A stretch of DNA of 63,603 bases, the filler included, from Reticulomyxa filosa (Eukaryota; Protista; Foraminifera): the NCBI GenBank assembly GCA_000512085.1. It is 11 parts of 11 records of this genome, joined end to end, with 100 filler letters (N's around TTAATTAATTAA, not from the genome) between each part and the next. Parts side by side here need not be neighbours in the genome. Positions count along the whole stretch, not along the records: positions 8,595 to 17,926 come from ASPP01018446.1; positions 18,027 to 24,463 come from ASPP01019500.1; 9 more parts are not named here. One strand, given 5' to 3'. The notes beneath the pieces were generated by a model. It searched no databases. It saw only the letters and a program-made list of their open reading frames with translations, and was not told where the DNA came from. Shown here piece by piece: positions 13,586-22,879 of this stretch. Made by a program: the position numbers and the translations under genes. Numbering within the stretch: the stretch's first letter is position 1; each line of letters starts with the position of its first letter.

Positions 13586-13931
13586 TTCATGAAAAACATT
13601 TCCGGAGACAAAAAAAGTCCAAAAGAACAAGGCGAGTTAGTTGGATACTTGAAAAAAATGGGATATACACCTGAAATGGTGTATAAATTCTAGAAAATGA
13701 CGATAACATTCATATTTTGCTCAATTCTTTACAATTGGAAGTATTTATGTTTTCTTCAAAACTGGGCTTTATGATGTTTATTTTAGCATCCCACATTTTC
13801 TACTAGCAAAAACACACCATTTTTTTCTTAAACCAAACAATTCTAAAATTACACAATCAAAGACAATATATTTTCAATTTTATTTTTAATTTTCGGGGTT
13901 CTTTGGCCATCGCTTACAAAGAAAAGTAAAG
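13586..13931 (+). repeat. 346-bp inverted duplicate of the cytochrome b5 reductase 3' end and 3' flank (partner at 15417-15762)
   Basis: Reverse complement of 15417-15762. The end-coordinate sums agree (29348), so there is no net indel. It encodes [34 protein letters not shown]. Confidence 0.93.
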
Positions 13932-14191
13932 ATTTTTTTTAACTTTTAGTTGTTAAAAGCATCAAACTCAATATTTGCTCGTAGGAAAAGGTTATTGTGA
14001 CTTTTAAAATACGAATTGAAAAAAAGTTTTCACTATTTGTTATCGTTTTTGAGCAATCAAGGAATCATAAAAACAAAAATCAAAAAGCACATCGAATTAG
14101 TCGTGACACGAACGAGAAAATAAGAAATTTTTGCATTTATTTAAAAGTAAAGAACAATCACGTGTTCATGGTTTTTTCAGAAGCACAACTA

Positions 14192-15115
14192 TTAAAATTT
14201 ATTTGTGGTCGAGCGAAGCCTGGCACGCTTGACACGGAGTTTATTCATCAAAGGCAATCTCCTCCGGTGGATGAAACTAGCTGATTTGTATTTGTATGAA
14301 GGATTAGGTCTTGCCTCATGTTGAAGTAAATCGGGATCGAATTGATGCGGGGGCGTATAAAAACACTTGGTTAATGCTCTTTGAATATCTTTCACATCAA
14401 CATAAGTGCTTTCCCGAATTTGACTATAATCCACTGCTTTCTTAAACACCTTTCTCACAAAATGTAAAGCTATTTCACTCAAAAGCTCTTGAGCTCCATT
14501 GTCTATATTATATGGAATATTTAGGGTCTGCAATAACTTTGGAATAGATTTACGTAGAATCAATTGTTGATTGTTCGGTGCGTCCTTGCATTTGCATGTA
14601 TTTGTCAAACATTTTTTTTTTGCAGAAACGCAGTTTTCGTTTTTTAAAAACAAATTTTGTGCTAATGAATGTTTCAAATAATTAGGAGCTGGTACTCTTG
14701 CATTGACTCTTTTTTTTTTTTTTTGCAAAACTTGAGAAATTAGCTCAGATGAATTTGGCGGGGTTTGGGCTGGATCTTGTTCCTCCTTTTCAGAAACATT
14801 TTTTTGTTGCACAACGTCAGGCGCTGGGAGCAGCAAGGACTGAAGACCTTTGCTTCTTATAAATACGTTTGTAGGTTGTTGTGATATGGAATTTGTGGTG
14901 CCATTTGCAAAAGAAACTGCCATTGGAATCTTTGGTGGCATCAAAACTGTTGGCATCATTCGGGTACGCATCAAATGCGGCGGAAGAGGGCGCAGTAAGT
15001 TCACTGGATTGAAAGGTAGAGAAGGCATTGACACTTGCACCCCCTGTGGATGTGGTTGAGTCAAAGGAGGGCCTGTCCTGTGAGTCGGAGGAAAAGAAGC
15101 ATGAGACAGCTCCAT
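14192..15115 (-). CDS. TAF12: TAF12-like histone-fold protein (TFIID/SAGA subunit)
   Basis: LILRKSIPKLLQTL..IDNGAQELLSEIALHFVRKVFKKAVDYSQIRESTYVDVKDIQRAL matches the TAF12 histone-fold pattern; Pro-rich N-terminus. Confidence 0.65.
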   Translation of the reverse strand: MELSHASFPPTHRTGPPLTQPHPQGVQVSMPSLPFNPVNLLRPLPPHLMRTRMMPTVLMPPKIPMAVSFANGTTNSISQQPTNVFIRSKGLQSLLLPAPDVVQQKNVSEKEEQDPAQTPPNSSELISQVLQKKKKRVNARVPAPNYLKHSLAQNLFLKNENCVSAKKKCLTNTCKCKDAPNNQQLILRKSIPKLLQTLNIPYNIDNGAQELLSEIALHFVRKVFKKAVDYSQIRESTYVDVKDIQRALTKCFYTPPHQFDPDLLQHEARPNPSYKYKSASFIHRRRLPLMNKLRVKRARLRSTTNKF

Positions 15116-15654
15116 TTTAATTATCTGAAGATATGATTTTCAGGATCGAATTCAAACATTCGCTGCGTTCAATATTTGGAACAAGTGACTCGTAATTTTA
15201 AAAATTAACTTTGTGCAGTTTGTCGTCTTAATTTATTTTAAATGTAATGTTAACAATTTTTTCGTACGAATTTGTAATTATTTAGGATAGTGTTTGACAA
15301 TTATTTCTTTTTATTTTGGTTTTTTTTAGAGTGCGTCCTTTTTGGATAAGGCTGGCAAACTCGTTTCGCAAGTTTAGCGCTATGCGCTTGCATTTTCTAA
15401 AAAAGCATTACCTATCCTTTACTTTTCTTTGTAAGCGATGGCCAAAGAACCCCGAAAATTAAAAATAAAATTGAAAATATATTGTCTTTGATTGTGTAAT
15501 TTTAGAATTGTTTGGTTTAAGAAAAAAATGGTGTGTTTTTGCTAGTAGAAAATGTGGGATGCTAAAATAAACATCATAAAGCCCAGTTTTGAAGAAAACA
15601 TAAATACTTCCAATTGTAAAGAATTGAGCAAAATATGAATGTTATCGTCATTTT

Positions 15655-16756
15655 CTAGAATTTATACACCATTTCAGGTGTATATCCCATTTTTTTCAAG
15701 TATCCAACTAACTCGCCTTGTTCTTTTGGACTTTTTTTGTCTCCGGAAATGTTTTTCATGAAACCAGGAGGGCCACAAACAAAAATTTTGGTATGTTTCC
15801 CGGGCGGAGGCATTGTCTTTTTAATCATATCTTCTGTGACAAAGCCTGTGAATCCACTCCATCCTCTATGGCTGGAGTCAACGGTATAGAACACGCGCAA
15901 GCGGTGAGGGTATTGTTCACTTAACGCGTCCAAGCGCTCTTTCAACACAATGTCCTTCACAAACAAAAAACAGATCATTTCATAAAACAGTTATCTTCAT
16001 TTTAAAAAAAAGAGATCCTTTTACCTGCTCGCTGACATTAGCAAATAACAAATTAATGACAGTGGTGTCGTTTTCCAAGGATAATATATGTTCAATGACC
16101 TGTAACATAGGAGTCAGCCCAGTACCGCCTGCAAGCAAGCCTAAGTACCTGTAAGTGTTTTGAATTAAAAATTCAATGTTTATTTTTTTTTTTAACAAGG
16201 GGATGAAAATAAAAAAAGGAACACCTCCCCCAATTTCTAATGTACCGAAACAACGTATAAATCACATAGCAATTGTTTTGTATGTGATGTTTTTTTTTCA
16301 ACTACTTAACTTACACATATTTTCTTGAATCTGTATTTTTGGCCAGGTTCCCATGCATTCTAATTCGTCACCGATTTTTAAGTCGTGAATGTGTCGGGAC
16401 ATTAAACCAGTGGGGTATCGCTTCACTAACAAGTGAAATTCTCCTGCTCCTGTCGCGGTCAAAGGGGTGTATGGTCTTGTCACGTCCTTCTTTTCCTTCT
16501 CATCATAAAACTTGGTTGTGATGCATGATGCCACAGGCAAACCCAATTTGGCGTTTTTGTCTTTGTCAGACAACTGAAACTTAAAAATTTTGCTATTGTG
16601 GTTCACGTCTTGGATTTCTTTTAATTTGAATTTGCGCCACTCTTTTTCTGAAAACGGATTGACACCTGCTCCTTTACTTTCAGCGGCAACACCACTGGTC
16701 AAATATGTGCCGCAGCCGGCAGCTGCTAAACCACCAACAAATAATCTGCTGAACAT
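15655..16756 (-). CDS. NADH-cytochrome b5 reductase (MCR1-like), 3 exons
   Basis: RPYTP (FAD), [24 protein letters not shown] (NADH), VCGPPGFM, C-terminal VYKF. Likely start is ATG at 16756 ([14 protein letters not shown]). Confidence 0.95.
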
Positions 16757-18026
16757 TGAAATAAAACTTAAAAAAAGACGCAAATGAAAAAAAATTTTGT
16801 ACCCCTTTGGCTTAGCTGCACGACAAAAGTGGCTGCATATACCACTGTTTAAGTTTGAAAAAACTTGACAAACCTTGCTCACTGAATGGTTTTTAAATAA
16901 TGTGGTACATTTTCATAATAAAAAATGAGTAAAGCTATTCAACATTTGAATTTAATCCACAAAGAAAGCAACTTCCTAACCACAAGAGGTTTTGTCTTTA
17001 ATTATCAATTTCAAAAATCTAAGAAACAAGCAAATGTTTACAAACTCAATTTCCCTGAAATATTGGAGTGAGCAAAAAATATTGATCTATACAGAAATTT
17101 TTTCCATTGAGCGAAAAATGTATATAAACCTCGTCGTTCCAAAATCTTTCATATATACTCAGCCATTAAGACAAGAATAATATTGAAATTTTAATTTTCT
17201 TAATTTAAAAGCAAAACTCAAAGAATAGAGGAACACGCAAAAAGAGAGTCTGTGTTTTAGGTAGCGTAAGGGAAAAAACTCCCATGTTGGTATTGAAGCA
17301 CATATCATTGCTAATAATCCTTACAAGTGAAGTTTTTCTTTTCTGTGATCTGCATATGTAACATTTGTCTCATCATTTGGATTGTAGTGAAAAACATGAA
17401 TAACTGGCAACGTTATAATGCGCAAAAAAAAAAACTTGTCGTGTTTGTGTGAAGGTATCCAATCGTCTGTAAGCCACAATTATCATTTATATGACAAATG
17501 TGGTATTGTTGATGGAGCGGAAGATGTGAGAAGAGTGTTGAAAGAGCAAGAAGGGACGATATTCGGAAGAGAAGAGGAAAGAGATATTGTATATTGGGAT
17601 TCAGAGAATGAATTTCCGTTGTTTGCGTTGAGAAAAGTAAGTATTTCAACTTTGGGTTTGGAAGAGTGGAAGGACGACAGTGACCACGAATATGAATATG
17701 AATATGAATATGAATACAAATACAAATATGTACGTGAATGGAACAGTTTGTTGTATTACGTGGCATTGAAGAGTCGCATTGACCTCTCTGTCAACAATCA
17801 TGTTGTGCGTTTATCGACAACATTTCGACAAAGTTCTTGTCAGTACAGTGGTGATGATGATGATGACACATCCCATTCCCTTCAATCTTTGTCAATCCAA
17901 TGGACGTCAAGTTTTTTTTTTTTTTTNNNNNNNNNNNNNNNNNNNNNNNNNNNNNNNNNNNNNNNNNNNNTTAATTAATTAANNNNNNNNNNNNNNNNNN
18001 NNNNNNNNNNNNNNNNNNNNNNNNNN

Positions 18027-18139
18027 CCTTATAAAAGCTTGGTCGAAATTCTCCATAAAAGATAGGTATAGACACACTAGGATATCCACACTCTCTGCCA
18101 TAAAACTGATTGTCATAAACCCTTAACTTGACGCGTATG
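18027..18139 (-). mobile_element. Probable IS4-family (IS231-like) element end at the contig edge
   Basis: The minus strand begins CATACGCGTCAAGTTAAG (18139-18122), resembling IS231-type terminal repeats as I recall them (CATGCCCATCAACTTAAG). An ORF start MENFDQAFIR runs off the contig. Confidence 0.45.
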
Positions 18140-18234
18140 CTTCAGAAAACACCCTCTTCGAAACTCATAACTTCAGCTCCCAATCATTGCATTTAAAGGA
18201 TATCTTTTATATCTAAGGTCAACGAAATTTATTT

Positions 18235-18311
18235 TTGGTTAACTTCCTGTGCAGCAGTTAACCAGCGTTGTGTTTAATTTGTCCTTCAAAGCTGCCTGTG
18301 CGGCAGTGAAC
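18235..18311 (-). CRISPR. Orphan mini-array / crRNA-like unit: repeat, 21-nt spacer, degenerate repeat
   Basis: 18311-18284 reads GTTCACTGCCGCACAGGCAGCTTTGAAG (27/28 to the main repeat). The spacer is GACAAATTAAACACAACGCTG (18283-18263). 18262-18235 reads GTTAACTGCTGCACAGGAAGTTAACCAA. Confidence 0.9.
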
Positions 18312-18504
18312 TTTTCCTTTACTTATTTAATTTAGCCTCAAAAACATAACATACCTTAATTTATTCGTAAGCGATTTAGCTTCATACAAGTATCTAATGC
18401 TCTGTTATGCAAAATCTCAGCTATTATTAACCCGAGTTGCGTTTAGGGAAAAATATGGGTTATTTAACTGCTTTTGCGGATCTGGCTAAATATATGTATA
18501 GTTA

Positions 18505-18534
18505 TTCTGTCGCAAATGCAATTTTGCGACAGAA
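18505..18534 (-). terminator. 12-bp hairpin directly after the BON gene (probable terminator)
   Basis: TTCTGTCGCAAA-tgcaat-TTTGCGACAGAA is a perfect inverted repeat 2 nt past the stop codon. There is no clean U-tract. Confidence 0.55.
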
Positions 18535-18536
18535 CC

Positions 18537-18917
18537 CTAATTTATAATCTTAAGATGCGATTCAACCTCCTTTACTCCCTCTACTCTCTTTGCAACTTCT
18601 ATCGCATGTAACTCTGTATCCTTATCAGACACCTCTCCTGTTAGACATACTTTTCCCTCTTCGCTCTTTATTGCAATATTGAAAGATTTGATCTTCTCAT
18701 CAAAGGTATATTTACTTTTGATCTCCGCAATTATTTTCTCATCTAAATCTTTCACCGCTTCGGCTACTTTTACTGTTATCTCGGGCTTTACTTCCTTCAC
18801 TCCTTCAACACTTTTCGCTAGCGCTATCGCTTTATCTTCTATAGAACTTGAACTAACTTCACCTCTTAATGTAACTACCCCATTTACTGTTTCTACATGC
18901 AAGCTATTACCCTTCAT
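18537..18917 (-). CDS. BON-domain protein (OsmY-like, two BON domains), 5'-truncated
   Basis: LHVETVNGVVTLRGEV...AKSVEGVKEV and IKSEEGKVCLTGEV...AKRVEGVKEVESHL; no signal peptide. Confidence 0.85.
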   Translation of the reverse strand: MKGNSLHVETVNGVVTLRGEVSSSSIEDKAIALAKSVEGVKEVKPEITVKVAEAVKDLDEKIIAEIKSKYTFDEKIKSFNIAIKSEEGKVCLTGEVSDKDTELHAIEVAKRVEGVKEVESHLKIIN

Positions 18918-18979
18918 CTCAGAATCCCGTATAAATTTGCTTTGGACTCCGCAGTAATTGTTATATCCTTCCTAATTTC

Positions 18980-19465
18980 TTATTTTGTTACTTCTATCTT
19001 CTTGATATGAGCTTGACTATTTGTGCTCTTTGGTATCTCTATGTCAAGAACTCCATTCTTGAATCGCGCAACTATTTTATCTGCTTCTATAGCTTCCGGC
19101 ATAGAAAATGACCGTTCAAACATCCCGTAACTCCTTTCCATTATATAATGTTTCCCTTCCTTCTCTTTTTTCTCTTTCTTCTTCTCTCCCTTAATCGTCA
19201 GTACGCCATTACCGATGCTCAACTCTATGTCCTTCTCTGATAGACCTGGCAACTCTGCACTTACCTTATACCTATCAGCTTCTTCCATTATATCCACATC
19301 TAGACAAAGCATTTGATTGTCTATTTCCTTACCAAATCCTTCGTATCCAAAATCTTTTAAACAATCATTAAATAATTTATCCATCTCATAATGCATACGA
19401 CCAAATGGACTTACATTCTTCACTTGCCCTCTTTTAAAATCCCATGGTGTTAAATTCCTTCTCAT
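18980..19465 (-). CDS. Hsp20/alpha-crystallin small heat-shock protein
   Basis: VDIMEEADRYKVSAELPG..DIELSI.NGVLTIKGEK..ERSYGMFERSF..ARFKNGVLDIEIPK..KKIEV; GGAGG RBS at 19475-19471 before ATG 19465. Confidence 0.95.
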   Translation of the reverse strand: MRRNLTPWDFKRGQVKNVSPFGRMHYEMDKLFNDCLKDFGYEGFGKEIDNQMLCLDVDIMEEADRYKVSAELPGLSEKDIELSIGNGVLTIKGEKKKEKKEKEGKHYIMERSYGMFERSFSMPEAIEADKIVARFKNGVLDIEIPKSTNSQAHIKKIEVTK

Positions 19466-19501
19466 ATTAACCTCCAATCAACAGTTATTTCTTATCTATT
19501 A

Positions 19502-19529
19502 ATTTAGGGTATATATCACTCCATTTCAA
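19502..19529 (-). promoter_or_regulatory. Putative sigma32 (RpoH) heat-shock promoter of hsp20
   Basis: TTGAAA-N14-CCCTAAAT upstream of hsp20, compared with the consensus TTGAAA-N13-15-CCCCATNT. Confidence 0.5.
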
Positions 19530-19699
19530 CCCTTAATACTCTCTCTTTTTCATCTTGCCTAATCTCCTGCCTATAATTATTAAAACATCGCTAAATAACT
19601 CTACAAAAATCTGTATTCCAATCCAGCCCTCACAATTTGATATCTGGACTTTTGCTCATATGAATAACTTGGTTGAAAATGTTAAATCACATTAGGGTT

Positions 19700-19721
19700 G
19701 TATTCCCCGCCGCTTGCGGCG
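19700..19721. repeat. GC-rich hairpin resembling an IS200/IS605 subterminal palindrome remnant
   Basis: TTCCCCGCCGCTTGCGGCG in an otherwise AT-rich intergenic region. Confidence 0.35.
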
Positions 19722-20090
19722 TAATATATTTGCATGAGCGAATATATACATAAGTCATAATGTAACGGTGCTAGTGTATCATCTAGTATTTCCAGCTAAG
19801 TATAGAAGAGCAGTATTTTTTGGATGCTCTTATATTAAGTGTAAAGGAAAAAGCGTCTTCTGCATTGTTCATTAGATATGCAGAGCTGATGAGAACAGTA
19901 GATGGCCTTTACAATATTTCACAAAAAAGTGCAGAAGAAGCCTATATATAGAAAAGTTACTTTGTAATAACCCCCGAAAATCAGACCAATAGTAGAGAGA
20001 CATTTTAGATAAAAGAAATATATAAAAAATGTCACAAAATAATTGGTAAAAAAATGACAAAGCAAAAAAGTTATACAAACGAATTTAAAT

Positions 20091-20762
20091 TCATTCTTTT
20101 ATACCACCAGCTGCATTAGCCAATTGATTTGAAAAAGGTAGTAAAAAATCTTCACATTCTTTTGAATTTTGAGGAAGTGATTTAATAATGACTTCTTTAA
20201 AAAATAAATTTGGTTTATTTACTACTCTAACAGGTTCATCATTAAGATGGTTAAAACGCAGATCTTCATTCTGCGATCTTAATACCATGCCATTCGTTCC
20301 AAGCATAGTTACAAATAACGTTATAGGGGCTTCTATACCTAAATTATAAAGGTTTTTTATATAAAGTTGTGTTGATTGTTTTATATTATCTTCAATGCAA
20401 GATGTCTCCATTCCAGAATCAATCGTTCTAACAGCTTCTACAATTCCAGAATTAAACACCGTAGTATAGCAATGCTCTGTCTGTGCTTGTTGATCATTAT
20501 TAGAAAAAAAAGAAATTTCCTCAATGTCTATTTTGTCATAAGTTGTATAATTCCTACCCATTGGAGTAAATTTTAGTTCCTTTTGCTTTATTTCATCGGG
20601 AGTCGTATATTGTTGAAATTCAAAGGCAGAATGTGGGATTAGATGCATAACAAGAAGCATATTACTTGATAAAGCTACAGGTGTAGCACCATTAATTATC
20701 TTTGAAATCCTTTCATTCCTAAACTTACTAGCATTAAATTCTGATAATTTATGCATGCCCAA
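20091..20762 (-). CDS. Protein resembling the C-terminal half of AlbA_2/Schlafen-domain proteins, N-terminal domain absent
   Basis: FRNERISKII.G.TPVAL....LVMHLIP.SAF...YTTVFNSGIVEAV...LGIEAPITLFVTMLG...QLANAAG, recalled from that family; needs HMM confirmation. Confidence 0.5.
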   Translation of the reverse strand: MGMHKLSEFNASKFRNERISKIINGATPVALSSNMLLVMHLIPHSAFEFQQYTTPDEIKQKELKFTPMGRNYTTYDKIDIEEISFFSNNDQQAQTEHCYTTVFNSGIVEAVRTIDSGMETSCIEDNIKQSTQLYIKNLYNLGIEAPITLFVTMLGTNGMVLRSQNEDLRFNHLNDEPVRVVNKPNLFFKEVIIKSLPQNSKECEDFLLPFSNQLANAAGGIKE

Positions 20763-21270
20763 ATAAATATGAAGATATGTATTCTATAGAGGAGATAAGA
20801 AAGTCACTATTCTGATCCATAGAGAAGTCTTCTTCTAAGTTAGACAGGGCTTTTTCTATTTTTTCTTCTGTTGGACGAGCATTTTTAGCTTTTAACTCTT
20901 CTTGGTGCAACTTTTGTCCTCTTTCTATTTCCCGCATCATAGCCTGTCTTTCTTCTGCAGTAAAGCTAGACACTACTTTTTCTTCTGTTGGACGAGCATT
21001 TTTAGCTTTTAACTCTTCTTGGTGCAACTTTTGTCCTCTTTCTATTGATCGCATCATAAAATCGTCTTCGGTCTCTGGGAATAGATAAAATTTGTCATTT
21101 CCTACTTCGTTTTCTTTTTTGGCGAATTTCCCTCTACTATAGAAAGCATCATCTAAGACATTCATATTTTCTTTCATAAGAGTTAATAGATCAGTAAATG
21201 CAACAGAAAGCACTGATTCTATTTTCTTAAATCCTTCAATATAATCTTCTTTAAATCCCATATAATACAC
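20749..21270 (-). CDS. Hypothetical protein with an internal duplication at a 39-aa period
   Basis: MMR(S/E)IERGQKLHQEELKAKNARPTEEK occurs twice; DNA copies at about 20860-20939 and 20977-21056 (117-bp period). Confidence 0.7.
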   Translation of the reverse strand: MYYMGFKEDYIEGFKKIESVLSVAFTDLLTLMKENMNVLDDAFYSRGKFAKKENEVGNDKFYLFPETEDDFMMRSIERGQKLHQEELKAKNARPTEEKVVSSFTAEERQAMMREIERGQKLHQEELKAKNARPTEEKIEKALSNLEEDFSMDQNSDFLISSIEYISSYLFGHA

Positions 21271-21307
21271 CTAATTTATGAACGATACTTTTATATGTAT
21301 AGTCTCT

Positions 21308-22645
21308 TTATGCATCTGGCAATGCTTTTGTAATGTTAGAGTTACCATAAAATGCTTGATTTAAAATATCTTGAGAATTTACTATATCATATTCATGATA
21401 TTCACTCATATCAACACGTTGACTATCTACTTGTGTATGCAATCCTGATATAAAACCTGTCTCATCAGATTTTTCTACTTTTATAATCGAAGCATTCAGT
21501 ATTCTTTCATTTATCAAATGATCACTAACGCCTTTCATAGGGAAGATATACTTACAATTTGTTGTTGAAAAAGATGCCTGATTTTCTAAATCATCACATT
21601 CTTTTTTCTTTGAATCATCATTAGCTTTCGCTGATGGGATTCTAATAAAGCAACTTGACCGCGCTATGTGCTTTTCAATAGCTAGGCCAAAGCACATGTT
21701 TTTGTATATATCAATTAAGTATGTTCCTATTAATTGAAATTGTTCATGGACTGCGCGCGTTGTGTTTTCTGTGTTTAAATCCTGCATATCACTTAATATT
21801 GTATTTAATATTTCTTGAGCAGATGTCATATTTTTTTTTGAGTTTTGTACTCCATCATTTGTTTCGTTTTTAGACCATAGTTTATCTAAACGAAATAATT
21901 TAGCTGCTCCGTAAACAACTTTCATTATTATATTAGGGTCAGTTGTTTCATTTTTTGAGGCTGTTTGATAAGTTTTTCTTTCATCCATAAATAATATTTG
22001 AGCATAGCTTTTGTGAAATTCTTTGATATGAGTTTGGTATTCTTCTAGCACTTTATGTTTGCGCAAAAATTCATTATACGTTTCAAATTCTTTTTTCAGG
22101 GATATAAAAGGCTCATCCTTCATTAATATTGCCAACTCTTTTAATCCTTCTACAGTATTCTCTTTTAAAGTCCCTTCATACTTTGTTTTAAGGTTACTTT
22201 TTATTAAGTTACCCTGATCAATAATATATCCATTCTTCCCTAGATTTTCATTAGCGGTTAAAAGTTTTTTTATTTTACTAATTTCATATAGCTCTTCTTC
22301 AGTAACCGATCCTTGGTTAAAATGATTGTATAAAGGTTTAACTCCATTATCCTGAAATTGAAGCTTTTCATTAATATCGACTAAGTAGTTTTCTATATTT
22401 TTCCAACTGCCGTCTTTTTGAGCAAGGGTGTCGTACTCTTTTGCTTTACCTTCTAATACACAACTGAAAAGATACTCTTTCCATTCTTTGTTTATCACGT
22501 CGTAATTGGCAGAAAACGCATCTGTGACTTGTTTATACTTCTCAATTAGTTCTAAAATCTTTTTAGAGTTTCTGACATTTTCAAAGGCTTGCTTATCATC
22601 TATTTCTGAAGCTTCCCATAGGTTTGTTCTTACATTTTCTGGCAT
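21308..22645 (-). CDS. Hypothetical helical protein, 445 aa
   Basis: Long intronless ORF with no recognisable motif. Confidence 0.7.
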   Translation of the reverse strand: MPENVRTNLWEASEIDDKQAFENVRNSKKILELIEKYKQVTDAFSANYDVINKEWKEYLFSCVLEGKAKEYDTLAQKDGSWKNIENYLVDINEKLQFQDNGVKPLYNHFNQGSVTEEELYEISKIKKLLTANENLGKNGYIIDQGNLIKSNLKTKYEGTLKENTVEGLKELAILMKDEPFISLKKEFETYNEFLRKHKVLEEYQTHIKEFHKSYAQILFMDERKTYQTASKNETTDPNIIMKVVYGAAKLFRLDKLWSKNETNDGVQNSKKNMTSAQEILNTILSDMQDLNTENTTRAVHEQFQLIGTYLIDIYKNMCFGLAIEKHIARSSCFIRIPSAKANDDSKKKECDDLENQASFSTTNCKYIFPMKGVSDHLINERILNASIIKVEKSDETGFISGLHTQVDSQRVDMSEYHEYDIVNSQDILNQAFYGNSNITKALPDA

Positions 22646-22879
22646 TATTATCTCACAATTTCTAATGACCGCAAAAGATAATGAAAGATAAATAGATTGG
22701 CAACAAATTTTTAGTCAGTATTTCTTTTATAAATTTATTCTGAGTTTTAATATTATAATTTTCTTCTCCTCTTTTATGAAGAAGATTTAAGAAAGATTTA
22801 AGGAGCTCTCTACATGTAAGGAAGTAAGGCGACTCCCGTAGTTGAAAGGTCACCTTTTCGTAGCTGAAAAGTGGCTTTC

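Noticed and set aside
17418-17926. 186-aa ORF with an EYEYEY repeat
   Set aside because: Truncated at the contig end with no recognisable domain; cannot be assigned.
21755-21775. Partial match (15/21, core GCGTTGTGTTT) of the mini-array spacer inside the 445-aa ORF
   Set aside because: The mismatches fall in the PAM-proximal seed and there is no CC/GG PAM; likely chance in AT-rich DNA.
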